DNA of 64,000 nt from Octopus sinensis. Taxonomy: Eukaryota. The stretch covers positions 108,066,001 to 108,130,000 of the forward strand of contig NC_043002.1 in NCBI RefSeq assembly GCF_006345805.1, in the 5' to 3' direction. The translations under genes and the position numbers were made by a program. The notes below the pieces were generated by a model. It worked only from the letters and a program-made list of their open reading frames with translations. It did no database searches and had not been told where the DNA came from. Every line of letters begins with the position of its first letter. The first letter of the stretch is position 1. Shown here one piece after another: positions 12,321 through 25,607 of this stretch.

Positions 12321-13553
12321 CAAGGGGAAGTCAAAATTGTTCGGACTTTCGCCATGACTTATCTTTATTATTGTCACATTGCCTTCTGCGCATGCATGCT
12401 TATAGTTGGTAGTATTGTGGTTACATGATCAAAGTTTGAGCCTGGTCACACCATTTTACTTTCTGGCTTTTACAGTGTAAACATGGCTACCCCACTGGAT
12501 GGAAGCACTCTGTCGGTTACAATGACGAGGGTTCTGGTTGATCCGATCAACGGAACAGCCTGCTCGTGAAATTAACGTGTAAGTGGCTGAGCACTCCACA
12601 GACACGTGTACCCTTAACGTAGTTCTCGGGGATATTCAGCGTGACACAGAGAGTGACAAGGCCGGCCCTTTGAAATACAGGTACAACAGAAACAGGAAGT
12701 AAGAGTGAGAGAAAGTTGTGGTGAAAGAGTACAGCAGGGATCACCACCATCCCCTGCCGGAGCCTCGTGGAGCTTTTTAGGTGTTTTCGTTCAATAAACA
12801 CTCACATCGCCTGGTCTGGGAATCGAAACCGCGATCCTACGACCGCGAGTCCGCTGCCCTAACCACTGGGCCATTGCGCCTCCACAGCCACCCCACTAGC
12901 AATGTGCACCAAAGAAGAACAAAGAACTGTGATCCAATTTCTCTGGTCGGAATGTGTGTGAGGTGCTGAAATTTATCGGAGGTTTTTAGTACAATACAGG
13001 GACAGTGCACTACCGTGGAGAAGTGTGTATGAGTGGATCAAGATGTTTAAAAGTGACCAGACAAGCATGATGCATGAAGAGGGAGCAGGACAAGAAGATT
13101 CAGCAAGCTTGAGAGGTGGCAAGGGTGAACCGGTTCCCCATTACCATTTCTTGCATCACTGTTCTTTGTTCTTCTTTGGTAGACGATGCTGGTGGAGCAG
13201 CCACACTTACACTGTAAAGCCACTAAGAAAAATGGTGTGATGAGGCTCAAACTTCGATCACATGACTACAATAGTACCAACTATATGCATGCATGCACAG
13301 GAGGCAGTGTGACAATAATATAGCAGCCCCTGTGCTGGTGGCACGTAAAAAGCACCCACTACACTCTCGGAGTGGTTGGCATTAGAAAAGGCATCCAGCT
13401 GTAGAAACCTTGCCCAATCAGACTAGAGCCTGGTGCAGCCATCTGGTTCACCAGCCCTCAGTCAAATCGTCCAACCCATGCTAGCATGGAAAGCGGACGT
13501 TAAATGATGATGATGTTATGGCAAAAGTGCAGATAATTTTAGACTTCCTCTTG
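12321..13553. mobile_element. Fold-back mariner derivative (two left ends in inverted orientation) with two nested retroelement insertions
   Basis: TA|caaggggaagtc...gacttcctcttg|TA. Encodes mariner N-terminus (CTKEEQRTVIQFLWSE...SVYEWIKMFK). 13145-13553 is the reverse complement of the left arm. Confidence 0.8.
12497..12884 (-). mobile_element. SINE family A
   Basis: Reverse complement of the 11920 copy; TSD-like gc(t/c)accccact. Confidence 0.9.
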
Positions 13554-13971
13554 TAAAATTTAAACTTTTTCTAGACTTCGTCTGAGCAAATGTATTGAAG
13601 AAACTGGAAATATTCATTTCATGTAGCAATTCAAGTTTAATGAATGAATATTTTCAGTTTTGGAATAAAATGTCTTTCAGTGCTGTTGGTAGATATGAGT
13701 GACAAATAGATGTTGAAAGCATTTTCTACACAGGAGAACAAGGTTTGTTTATCAAACAACAAAAACAAAAATTCAACATGTTTTTGTTTGGTGCTAACAT
13801 GAGAAGAAACCTAAGTTTTAAACAGTTCTATAAACTGCCCAAATTCTTCATCAATGCTGTGTTCCAAATTTCTGGGAATGGTTTGACAAGATTTGATTAT
13901 TTCTCTACAGTTTCTTTGATTGTAAACAACTGGAACCAAGCAAAGAATCCAAACACACCATTCACATTTTT

Positions 13972-14377
13972 ATACTCTTTACTCTTTTACTTGTTTCAGT
14001 CATTTGACTGCGGTCATGCTGGAGCACCACCTTTAATCGAGCAACTCGACCCCGGGACTTATTCTTTGTAAGTCCAGTACTTATTCTATCGGTCTCTTTT
14101 GCTGAACCGCTAAGTGATGGGGACATAAACACACCAGCATCAGTTGTCAAGGGATGCTAGGAGGACAAACACAAACATACACGCACACACACACATATAC
14201 ATATATATACATATATACGATGGGCTTCTTTCAGTTTCCGTCTACCAAATCCACTCACAAGGCTTTGGTCGGCCGAGGCTATAGTAGAAGACACTTGCCC
14301 AAGGTGCCACGCAGTGGGACTGAACCCGGAACCATGTGGTTGGTAAGCAAGCTACTTACCACACAGCCACTCCTACA
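13972..14377 (-). mobile_element. SINE family B
   Basis: Full-length copy. Confidence 0.9.
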
Positions 14378-14929
14378 CCTATTCTTTTTAACTTTTTTTT
14401 TTTTTGCAGAGCAAAAAAAAGAAAACTATTAATAATGGCAAGAAATGTTCTGTTTGTTTAACTTCTTCTGTCTGAGATTCAACAAATGGTTAAAGAGTGT
14501 TATAAGCATGGAAATAATGATGCTGGCCAATTCTGTTTTTGTTCTCTTCAAAATTATTGCTGATAATCTCCACCTTCAATCAGCTCTTTGTGTATTTGCT
14601 CAATGTCTGAAAAAGTCGACCACATAGCTTGATATCCTTGGAAGAATCCATGGACTGCACATGCTGAGTTCAAGTCTTGGTCAAAAGAGTGTACAGAAAA
14701 AGGGTCATTTACTAAACTCGTAACACCATTCACTATCTACTTTATACTGATCTGTTCAAAATAATTGTTGTGCATATATAGATACAAATGTTCCAGGCCA
14801 TAAAAAGACATGGAAACAGAAATACTGGTATGGCCATTCTTATCCCCATATGCAGTGGACCTAATATTGTGTATTGCCAATGAGGACTTAATGGACTGAA
14901 CTCACTAAAACATCTTAAATCCTTAAAAA

Positions 14930-15256
14930 ATGTTCTAGCCCGAAGGCCGCGGCCATGCTGGGGCACCACCGCTGAATGAACTACACTAATTTGTGAATCC
15001 ACATCTGATACGTGGCACTTGATCAACAAGGGAGTTTGATGCTGCTGCCCGCATCTGCGTCTCCTGTTGTGAGGTAGGTTCATCTGGGACTCCCAACAAG
15101 AAGAGATCCAGTTTAGCTTTAAAGAAACCCACATCCACACCATGTAAGTCTCTGAGACATTTAGGGAGGATGTTAAAGAGCTGTGGTCCTCTGAAACCCA
15201 AGCTGTTGCAGTATCTGGACCTGTATTTTGATGGTGATGTTGGAATCCTTGGCATC
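14930..15256 (-). mobile_element. CR1-group LINE 3' fragment (second family)
   Basis: ...NSLGFRGPQLFNILPKCLRDL...FKAKLDLFL..VPDEP...AASNSLVDQV* followed by a short 3' UTR hairpin. Confidence 0.8.
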
Positions 15257-15291
15257 TGTTAACAAATATTTTATAACTGTCAGCAATGTTA

Positions 15292-15600
15292 GTGGAGGCA
15301 CATAGCCTAGTGGTTAGAGCAGCGGACTTGTGGTTGAGGGAATGCGGGTTCGAATCTCAGACTGGGTGATGTGTGTGTTTATGAGCAAAAACACCTAAGC
15401 TCCACGCGACTTCGGCAGAAGGTAATGGCGAACTTCTGCTGACTATTTCGTCACAACTTTCTCTCGCTCTTTCCTCCTGCATCTTGCAGCTCACCTGCGA
15501 CAGACCAGTGTCTCATCCATGTGGGGAACCCATACGCCATGGAAACCAGGAAACCAGCCCTATGAGCCAGACATGGCTCAAGAAGGAACAAACAAACAGC
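15292..15600 (+). mobile_element. SINE with a family-A head and a different 3' body
   Basis: gtggaggcacatagcctagtgg...gggttcgaatctc...acacctaagctccacg, then a divergent tail with (CAAA)n. Confidence 0.7.
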
Positions 15601-15892
15601 AACTTTGGTATACCAGAAATTTAAAATCCTCCCCTCTTGATAAACCAGAAACTTAAAAGCCTTCTCTTTTAGATTCTGACTTTAACAATGCTTAAACCAA
15701 AACTTATCCTGCAGCAAAATTTACTGAATTGGACCCTGTCTCTACAGATTTTGTTTTAAACCAAGTCTTACAATACAAAAGCTCAATCCACAATATTATG
15801 TGAATTCATTCACTTATAGACAACATTGTTATTTAACCAAAATACAAGCTAACTACTTTCTCTTGAAACACAACACTAATATAACTTATATG

Positions 15893-16279
15893 GTGGAGGC
15901 GCAATGGCCCAGTGGTTAGGGCAGCAGACTCGCGGTCGTAGGATCGTGGTTTCGATTCCCAGACCGGGCATTGTGAGTGTTTATTGAGCAAAAACACCTA
16001 AAGCTCCACGAGGCTCCGGCAAGGATGGTGGTGATCCCTGCTGTACTCTTTCACCACAACTTTCTCTCACTCTTACTTCCTGTTTCTGTTGTACCTGTAT
16101 TTCAAAGGGCCAGCCTTGTCACTCTCTGTGTCACGCTGAATATCCCTGAGAACTACGTTAAGGGTACACGTGTCTGTGGAGTGCTCAGCCACTTACACGT
16201 TAATTTCACGAGCAGGTTGTTTCGTTGATCGGATCAACCGGAACCCTCATCGTCGTAACCGACGGAGTGCTTCCATCCC
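15893..16279 (+). mobile_element. SINE family A
   Basis: Near-identical copy; TSD ATAACTTATATG. Confidence 0.9.
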
Positions 16280-16972
16280 ATAACTTATATGATTTGAATT
16301 CACTATTGTTTCTCTCAGCAATGGTTGTCAATGCCATTTGGAGAAAGTGATTGAAAAAAAAAAGACAGAAAAATGAATATGTACTAAAACATATATAATA
16401 AATTCTCCTGTTGACTTTGACATAAGAGGAGTCCAATGGCTATTAGACCAGGCACAGTGATGATTTGTTTCAGTGGTGAAGGCTTTTGGAGGCTCAGCCA
16501 CACTTCTTGGAAATTCTGATAGAAAAAATTTGGTGCAAATGCTTGCCACAAACTCAGTTAACAACACACCTAAGGCTTCCATCACCTGTAACAGTTGCTT
16601 TTGTCAGGGCTTAGAGTCTAAAACACACTCTTTTAGATTAAATGCCCCATTGGGTACCAATCCCCAAATTTCTAAGTTTTCATGCATACACACACACATA
16701 CAAACGCATGCGCGCACACACACATATGCACACAGCACTGATGTCATGTGAAGCGCAGATTGTGACACTGAAACAACATCTGGAGTAGAGGAAAGCTACC
16801 AAAAGCTATTTTGCCCAAGTCTGAGACCATGAAATCAACAACATACTTGAGGAGAGAGACGAAATGAGAATTGATAGAGATTTCTCCCGAAGGAGCATTG
16901 GTAAAATCTTTTATCAGAACAACAGGGGACAAAATTGAACCAGTTCACTGAGAAGATGATACATGAGTATTA

Positions 16973-17139
16973 TAGGCGCAGGAGTGGCTGTGTGGTAAGT
17001 AGCTTGATTACCAACCACATGGATCCGGGTTCAGTCCCACTGTGTGGCACCTTGGGATAGTGTCTTCTACTATAGCCTCAGGTCGACCAAAGCCTTGTGA
17101 GTGGATTTGGTAGACGGAAACTGAAAGAAGCTCGTCGTA

Positions 17140-17185
<46 letters not shown>

Positions 17186-17411
17186 TGTGTGTGTTTGTGT
17201 GTCTGTGTTTGCCCCCCCCCCCCCAGCATTGCTTGACAACCGATGCTGGTGTGTTTATGTCCCCGTTACTTAGCGGTTCGGCAAAAGAGACCGATAGAAT
17301 AAGTACTGGGCTTACAAAAGAATAAGTCCCAGGGTCGAGTTGCTCGATTAAAGGCGGTGCTCCAGCATGGCCGCAGTCAAATGACTGAAACAAGTAAAAG
17401 AGTAAAAGAGT
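16973..17411 (+). mobile_element. SINE family B
   Basis: Full-length copy. Confidence 0.9.
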
Positions 17412-18389
17412 ATGAGTACCTGGCATGCAGAACAAAAACCCTAGAAGGGATCAATCATGTCAACAGCTGGATATGGAGTATCCCCACCAAATACCTAGAA
17501 TGACTGCACTCATGAAAAACAACATCTCTGTGACTATGGTGTCCAAGGCGGTCAAGGAGGAGGTCGGCAAGCGCTTAGGGTGCATGGAAAGGCCTCTGCT
17601 CACTCACTGTATTCAAAAACAATGTTAAGTGTGCTTTTGTCGCCTTCTTAATGATTTGAAGTGTCATGGAAATCAAATTTTCATTTTTTCAGATGAAAAA
17701 ACTTTTGTGGTCAATCCAGTCATCAACAAGCAGAACAACTGCATGGTCAGTTTCAGCCAGGATGTCTCTGAGGTCCGCTATGTGTCCATGACCAAGTACC
17801 TGGCTTCTGTGATGATGCTTGGCATCAAAGGTTCGAATGGCGAGAAGATTCCTCTGCTGTGGTTCACAGCTGGTTACAGGCTCACTGCACTGCGGCCAAC
17901 TACAGGGACATCTCGGACACAAAAGTCCTGCCCTGGGTGAGAAAGATCACGGAGAAAGCGGTCTACATCTTTCAGCAGGTTGGTGTCCCAGCCCACATGG
18001 TCAATGCCACGCAAGAGTAGTTATGGTCAAACATGAACATCTGGTTGAAGGACTTTTGACAGCTGCAGTCGCCCGACCTCAACCCCTCTACTACAGCATG
18101 TGGGTGCATGTCAAGATCCGCCACAGCAATGTCGAAGAGCTGAATTTCACTGTCAACCACATGTGGGCCAGCATGAGGAAGGACTTTGTCCATAATGTGT
18201 GCACAGCTTTCAGGTCTCGCCTGGAGCCCGTGCTCGCCGCTGAGGACGGCCACATTGATTGATATTAGTATTTAAACACATATTTCTATGTTAAAACAAT
18301 AAAATCATGTCTAACTGCAACAAAACTGTCACTGTGTCCTTTCTTGAGAGCATCGTAACAAGTGTAACAAAACTTTTGCAAATCCCAGT
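17412..18389 (+). mobile_element. Degraded Tc1/mariner (maT/DD37D-like) transposon
   Basis: FSDEKTF...SVMMLG...YIFQQ.G.PAH...SPDLNPL.YS.W...CTAFRSRLE.V.AA.DGHI, with frameshifts. Right end ...gcaaatcccagTA. Confidence 0.85.
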
Positions 18390-18793
18390 ATACTCTTTAC
18401 TCTTTACTTACTTGTTTCAGTCATTTGACTGTGGCCATGCTGGAGCACCGCCTTTAGTCAAGCAAATCAACCCCAAGACTTATTCTTTGTAAGCCTAGTA
18501 CTTATTCTATCGGTCTCTTTTGCCGAACCATTAAGTTACAGGGACGTAAACACACCAGCATCGGTTGTCAAATGATGTTGGGGGGACAAATACAGACACA
18601 CAAACACACACACACACACACATATATACGACAGGTTTCTTTCAGTTTCCATCCACCAAATCCACTCACAAGGCATTGGTCGGCCCAAGGCTATAGTAGA
18701 AGACACTTGCCCAAGGTGCCACGCAGTGGGACTGAACCCGGAACCATGTGGTTGGTAAGCGAGCTACTTCCCACACAGCCACTCCTGTGCCTG
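18390..18793 (-). mobile_element. SINE family B
   Basis: Full-length copy. Confidence 0.9.
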
Positions 18794-18954
18794 TATATGT
18801 ACAAACTTCGAAAAATCGCCAAACAAAGAACATATTAGGAACCTGAAAATCTGGACACTAGTGTGTGGATGTATTTAGCAAATCATTCTCCAAGAAAAAG
18901 AAAAAATGTTCTTTCTTTGGATGGGTGTTTCGAGGATCGGAGCTAATGATTCTG

Positions 18955-19265
18955 TGAAGGCGCGTGACTTAGCAGTTAGAGTATTCGGCTCACAATTGTA
19001 GGATTGTGAGTTCAATTTCCAGTGTTGCATTGTGTCCTTAAGCAAGACACTTCTTTCATATTGTTCCAATCTACTTAGCTAACAAAACTGAGGTGTACCT
19101 GTAATTCAATGGGCCAGCCTTTTCTATTCTGTGTCATTCTGAATCTCCCAGAGAATTACGCTGAGGATACAAGTATCTGTGGAGTGCTCAGCCACTTGCA
19201 AGTCAGCTGGCTGTTTTCGTCGATCGGATCAACTGGAACACTCATCGTCGTAACCGACGGAATAC
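18955..19265 (+). mobile_element. Diverged SINE family A relative
   Basis: Degenerate tRNA head plus the same 3' body (gtggagtgctcagccac...gtcgtaaccgacgga). Confidence 0.7.
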
Positions 19266-19448
19266 CAGTTAAAATTTATGATTCTCTACAAAATAAAAAA
19301 AAATTAAATAAAATAAAAAATACAGATTCAAGGCTGTGCCCCAGCATGGCCACAGTCTATAGAGTGAAATGAGTAAATAAATAAGGTCAAGAAAGACTTA
19401 AGATTTTGTCTAATATTTTAGACAGAATCCTTATTGAGGGGAAAAGTG

Positions 19449-19515
19449 CTATAGCTCTGGGCTGACCAAAGCCTTGTGATTGGATTTGGTAGACGGAAAC
19501 TGAAAGAAGCCTGTC

Positions 19516-19567
<52 letters not shown>

Positions 19568-19792
19568 TGTGTGTGTGTGTGTGTGTGTTTGTGTGTCTGT
19601 GCTTGTCCCCCTAGCATTGCTTGACAACCGATGCTGGTGTGTTTACGTCCCCGTCACTTAGCGGTTCGGCAAAAGAGACCGATAGAATAAGTACTGGGCT
19701 TACAAAGAATAAGTCCCGGGGTCGATTTGCTTGATTAAAAGGCGGTGCTCCAGCATGGCCGCAGTCAAATGACTGAAACAAGTAAAAGAGAG
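19449..19792 (+). mobile_element. SINE family B, 5'-truncated
   Basis: Lacks the tRNA head. Confidence 0.85.
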
Positions 19793-20527
19793 AAGAGCAG
19801 TGAAATTGAAGAGGAGCAGCAAAGATTTTCATCCCTATTTGAAACACTAGATTTTTTCCACTTCTCACGACAATTTCACGGTTCACTTTCCGTCGATTTT
19901 CTAAATAATACAAGCTTTGCATACCATTTTGCACTCTCTCGATCAACTTTTAGTATATTTTGTGAAAAACTTTTCAGATTTCTGTTCCACTTATTTTCGA
20001 AGAATTTCATTCTTAGATGATTAAAACATAAACTTGTAAATATATATATATATATATATTTTTTTTTCACAAAATGTAAAAACTGAAGAAATAATTAGGG
20101 ATCCTTGCTCACCCATCCTGCCCCCCATCAACAACAACAAAAAATTTTTTTGTCTTGGTTCGTAATCGATAATGCTAGAAACACGTATCCAAAGGAAATA
20201 CGGTTTTTAGAGCCCTGGAAAATTTCCAGCCTCTATTCTACAGGAATACAAAAACCGTTAAACAGCTGTAAAAGAAAATACAAACTGTGGTGGGAACGAA
20301 TGTGTACTCGAGTCTCGAGAGAAGGCACGTAGAGTAGTAGGGGACCAGGGGCTGAGATAAATTCGGACACGAAAGAATAGGAATGAGCTTTATTTTGCGT
20401 GAACTTAACAATATTTGAGAGGACGGAGCCTCACCTCGCCTCTTCGTCCGCCAAAATAATTAAAGGGAAATAACTATGGAGATACAAAAAAAAGTACAAA
20501 CAACACTCGAAAGTGTAAGACATTAAT

Positions 20528-20529
<2 letters not shown>

Positions 20530-20567
<38 letters not shown>

Positions 20568-21010
20568 AATTATTGTATACAGTGCTCAGGTGCACCACAA
20601 CTTGTCAGAAAGTGCATATAAAGTACATGCAGTAATGTAAAAATGTCTGGAAAGCGAACAATGTATGAGTCAGATACATTCTTGCGTGTGTATGGAGGGG
20701 AGAAAATTAGGTGTGGTGTTGGCGAATCTCAGAAAGCATGGAAGTTTTGAAGGATGCAGTGCTCCGACAACTAACAACGGATGCCGGCAGTTTGTTCCAT
20801 GCTTCAACAACTCTTAGCCTGAAAAAATGTTTCCTAAAGTCATGGGAGCTGTGCTGTTTTCTGATTTTGTAAATATGTCCACGGGTGTTAGACGGGTGGA
20901 GTTTGAAAAGGTGCTCAGAGTTATTGTTTGTAAGATGGTTAATAATTTTATGGGTGTCTGCCAAGTCAGCTGCCAGACGTCGGAGTTTCAATGTGTCCAT
21001 GCCCAGGGAA
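20530..21010 (-). mobile_element. CR1-group LINE 3' fragment with (ATT)n tail
   Basis: LKLRRLAADL..THKII...NTRGH..K...RKHFF..RVVEAWNKLP..VV...FK is a typical CR1/L2 ORF2 C-terminus. The same 3' UTR recurs at 38705-39230. Confidence 0.85.
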
Positions 21011-21599
21011 GTTTCAGGCTTTGGACTGCGGCCATGCTGGGGCCGTAGAGACCTTGAAGTGCTTAATCGAACAGATCGTCCCCAGTACTTAATTTTAAGG
21101 TTTGGTATTTATCGTATCGTATCCTTTGCCGAACCGCTTGGTTACGGGAACGTAAACAAAACAACACGGGTTGTCAAGCAATGGGGAACAATCACAGACA
21201 CGCGCGTGCTCATACACACACACACACAGCGAGCTTCCACATAGTTACCGTTTACCAAATACATTCACAAAATATTGGAAGATTTAGAGAAAGAAACACG
21301 TATAAGTACTCGACTTGGACTAGGTTGTCGCTACAAAAACCCCGAACGAATAATATCACATTATATCGGTGAAAGTAAAGAATACGTACACCCGGTGTTT
21401 AGGGTTAGGGTTTAGGGCTATTTTATCTTTATTTTCTTACCCGTAAGATATATTTTATTGCCTGACAGTGTTTATAGTTTTACAAAATCAAACTAGAAAA
21501 CTGGACAAAACAGAGAACACAAATGAAAAAAATTAAGAAGAAAAGAGAAAAGAAAAAGTGAAAAAGAAAATAGAGAAAAAAAGGAAGAAAAAAACAAAA

Positions 21600-23530
21600 C
21601 AATTCACCACCTTGGGTTGAAAAGTTGGGGGTGCTGGGAACCCTTTCTAATGACTATTTATTTCTTTACTACCCACAAGGGGTTAAACACAGAGGGGACA
21701 AACAAGGACAGACAAACGGATTAAGTCGATTACATCGACCCCAGTGCGTAACTGGTACTTAATTAATCAACCCCGAAAGGATGAAAGGCAAAGTCGACCT
21801 CGGCGGAATTTGAACTCAGAACGTAGCCGCAGACGAAATACCGCGAAGCATTTCGCCCGGCGTGCTAACGATTCTGCCAGCTCGCTGCCTTAAACCTTTC
21901 TAATGACTATTGAGGCTCGCCGGCACGTTTGCAGTGTTGCCACAGATGATGGCGAGGCTGAGGCGCTGGAACAGCCAAGTGCCCACACGAGCCTCACCAG
22001 TTACCTCTGCGAGGCGAGTTGCCCAGTAAAGACAGGAATCTCACAGTTAATGGTCCGACCCCACCAAACGTCTTGAACACCACAGGATGGAAGATGCAGT
22101 TGGCCGACAGATCGCGGTATTTCAGGATTTTGTTCAGCTTGGCCGCAGAAGCCGTGGATCTCGCCCTGATCGCAGCATCCAGGATGTGAGAAGAAGCAAA
22201 GGAGTCGCTTACTGTGACATCCCAGACAAGGCACCTGCCTTGTGTCCAGGGGCACAGAATGAGGCCATCAGGTCTCTTCCCATCATATATGGACAATCCA
22301 AATGGTTCCAAGATGGAGGGGGTGTTTGTCCGGGCCAAACTCCTCTTGAGTATCAGGTTTAACTCTGTGTGACGTGCGAAGCAACCAGCATTCATGCAGC
22401 AAGAAAGACTGTGGAAGCCTGTGGAGTTGAGGAGCCAGTCACAACGACAGATCAAACCATGCGTCAACTCCCACTCTGAGGGCAACGGAGACACAAAGTT
22501 CGTCCAAGCTGAGTAGGCCACCAACGTTAGCCACAGGGATGGCATCGATCCAGTCACCTGAGTATTTGGCGCTAGCAGACAGTAAGCGGCACCTTGAAAA
22601 CTGGTCTGACTGGATGAAGAGGGAGTCGAAGGTGGCCTTCGAAATTATGTTGTTCTTAAGCTCTCTGACTCCAACAGTCCTACACTTTCTCAGGAGCAGT
22701 CAAGTCTAATTCACTCCAGTGTTGGAGAGCTTTATCCAACTCCCTGTTGGAACTGGTCCGAGTAGAGGATGTTGCTCATCAGGGTGGAGCAAGTGTGGGT
22801 AGAGGAAAGGAAGCAGGGGAGAGAGAGGGATGAACACTTACGAAGACCAAGGCCTCCAAATCGCTTGGGCAATACAGCCTGATAGCGGGACGTTGGAGAA
22901 AGTCTGACATTGACTAAGTATTCGAGTCTCTCAAAGATTAGGTTGTCGAAGCGTTGGAAGCACGATGGGAGTCGGTAAGATGAACTGACTCTGAGTAAAT
23001 ATAGAAGCTTAGGGATCGAGAGGTAATTCCTAAGTATGAAAAAACCTTGATGGGGTTCGATAGCTTCAATATTTTTCAGCAATTGCTCAAGGGCATCCAC
23101 CTTCGACTGGAAGATGGATTCAAAGGCAAGGTCAGTGATTGGGGCACCTAGAGAGCACCAATCCGATAAGGGAGGGACTGCAATGGAAGGGAAGGACTCT
23201 GCAAAAAGGTCAATAGTTGGTTAATGCTGAGAAGCCGGGTGGTTAAGGATACAGAACTCCTATTTGGAGCTGTTTACTTGGAGACCCCGGCGACCAAGCT
23301 CCCCAACCATCACGTTTGCAATAGCGAGAACCCTGTCCGGAGGTCCCTACAAACAAGCATCGTCGAGATTCCAGACGTTGAGGTTTTGCTCAACCCCCAT
23401 CTTGGTAATGTCATCAATTCCCAATGCAAACAGAGTGGGACCAAGTGGGTCATCCTGTTGGACTCCTGAGGCAGAGGTGATGATTTGGACACCGAAAGAG
23501 AGGTAGGAGGGCTCCCGATAAGCCTGCCAT
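21600..23530 (-). mobile_element. Degraded CRE-like (RLE endonuclease) non-LTR retrotransposon
   Basis: RT motifs SGVQQDDPLGPTLFALGID...W(N)LDD and LPKRFGGLGLR; RLE motif KRPDGL..PW..GRCLVWDVTVSD. Frameshifted; SINE nested at 21659-21894. Confidence 0.85.
21659..21894 (-). mobile_element. SINE family C inserted in the CRE-like LINE
   Basis: 17-bp TSD CCTTTCTAATGACTATT (21642-58, 21895-911). Confidence 0.9.
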
Positions 23531-24324
23531 GCAAGGCGGTAAAGTCGCGGGACCTTCTCTCTTACTGAGAGAATGGGGGCGAGATAACGAAAAAGTACCC
23601 CCTTTTCTTTGTCATTCTTTTGTAAAAACTTGTATTATGGAAAAACAAATATCGGTAATTATAAGTTTCATACATGACATTGTTACGGAAATTGAGATTA
23701 GTGAATGTAGAATACAATTAAGTATAATCTAACTAATGAAATATTTCGCGTAATATAAAAGAAATGAGCTAAAATTGTTTAGTATGTGTCATGGTGCTTA
23801 TGTGCTCGCTCGCCGCTAACTTTAGAACTTGGTACCTCCTCTGTGCGCGGTCCCAGCCCAGTTTTGGGGTGAAGATCAGGGTTTCGAAGTAACAAATAAA
23901 CAAATTGGTGTAGTTGAAACTCATTCTGATAACCACTGTCACTCCATTAACGTACAGGTTAAGAACTGTGGGGGAAAGAAAACCAGAAAGCATTTGAGGA
24001 GAGGGTTCGAGTATGGTACAACGATTCGCCCCTCCACCCCCACCAAAACTTAAGTGCCTGAAAGCCATCGCTGTCTCGGAATGGTTTATTCCTCTCCTCA
24101 TCTATCTTCCTTACTCCTCACCTCCATTTTCTTTTTGTTTCTTGCTCCCGCTCTCTCTTTTTCCTTTTCATTGTATTCCTTTTTCTTTTTATCTCCTTTT
24201 TTTTTTTGCTACCTTCGGGTCCTTGATCAAATCATGAAAAGAAAATTTAACGGAAGGAAAATTAAATAAAAGGGGTGAAGAGATCACAGCTTAGCACGGG
24301 TAGATGGATAGAATGGTACGTAGA

Positions 24325-24712
24325 TGGAATGGAAGCACTCCGTCGGTTACGACGACGAGGGTTCCGGTTGATCCGAATCAACGGAACAGCCTGCTCGTGA
24401 AACTAACGTGTAAGTGGCTGAGCACTCCACAGACACGTGTACCCTTAACGTAGTTCTCGGGGATATTCAGCGTGACACAGAGAGTGACAAGGCCGGCCCT
24501 TTGAAATACAGGTACAACAGAAACAGGAAGAAAGAGTGAGAGAAAGTTGTGGTGAAAGAGTACAGCAGGGATCACCACCGTCCCCTGCCGGAGCCTCGTG
24601 GAGCTTTAGGTGTTTTCGCTCAATAAACACTCACAATGCCCGGTCTGGGAATCAAAACCGCGATCCTACGACCGCGAGTCCGCTGCCCTAACCACTGGGC
24701 CATTGCGCCTCG
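24325..24712 (-). mobile_element. SINE family A
   Basis: Near-identical copy; TSD TGGTACGTAGA. Confidence 0.9.
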
Positions 24713-25214
24713 TGGTACGTAGACAGGCAGGTATGCAAGTAGACGGAGGGCCAGACAGAAATAAAGAGATAGAAGAAGCATAAGAAGAAGACTAGAGGAT
24801 GATAAGAAAATAATAAAGAAAGTAAAGATAAATCTAAGCAACCACATCGTAACTCTTTGAGAGAGATTAGTGAAGTCTGCTCTGTTGCAACTATTTTGAT
24901 AACAACTGAGACTAACCCAGTATCTTCACGTAATACTTCCTCTACTTTCTTGTGCCCTAATACCGTTCGTTAGCATATATGGATGGCTGGGGTACACTAG
25001 AACAATCCTTTTGTCACTGCTGGGGCCAGGTTCCATGAATAAACCTCCAATAAGAGACGGCTGTACTTACAAGATCCAGTCTATGTCCACTGACTACTTC
25101 CAAGTTGGTCTATTATTGTACTTAGCAATAATCCCACGGACCGTGGTTATTACGTTGCGTAGACGGTGATACAGAAAAGGAAAATTACCATTAACAACTA
25201 AAGACAGTGTGATA

Positions 25215-25607
25215 TCTTTATATATAAAAGTCAAGTTGTGTGTCTGTCTCCTACGATTTAGATTCCTAACTACTCCCACATTTTGCGGCGCAGTTTAACC
25301 AAAACCGGGTATCTTATAGTCGTGATTCATATCGAGCCCTTCTGGGTATTAGCGCGCGTCTACGATGAGTCTACGATTTTTAAAATAATTTACTATAATT
25401 TTTTTCCATTTTAATGCATTTTTCGCTATTATATAAGGGAAGTAATTCTCTAAAAATGTCTACGATGAGTCAACGATTTAAAAAAAAATTACCATAATTT
25501 TTTTTCCATTTTTAATGCATTTTTTTGCTACTTTTAGGCTATAACTCTAAAAATGCTTTATAGTTATTTCCCTTATAAACCCGAGCAACGCCGGGCGATA
25601 CTGCTAG
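25215..25607 (+). mobile_element. Non-autonomous Helitron
   Basis: A|TC start, subterminal hairpin CCCGAGCAACGCCGGG, CTAG|T end, no TSD; internal duplicated subrepeat. Confidence 0.85.

Noticed and set aside
13600-16960. Possible fragmented hAT transposase on the minus strand between SINEs
   Set aside because: Only vague similarity by eye; too degraded to call without a profile search.
21397-21417. TTAGGG repeats as a telomere or fusion site
   Set aside because: Only about three imperfect units; too short.
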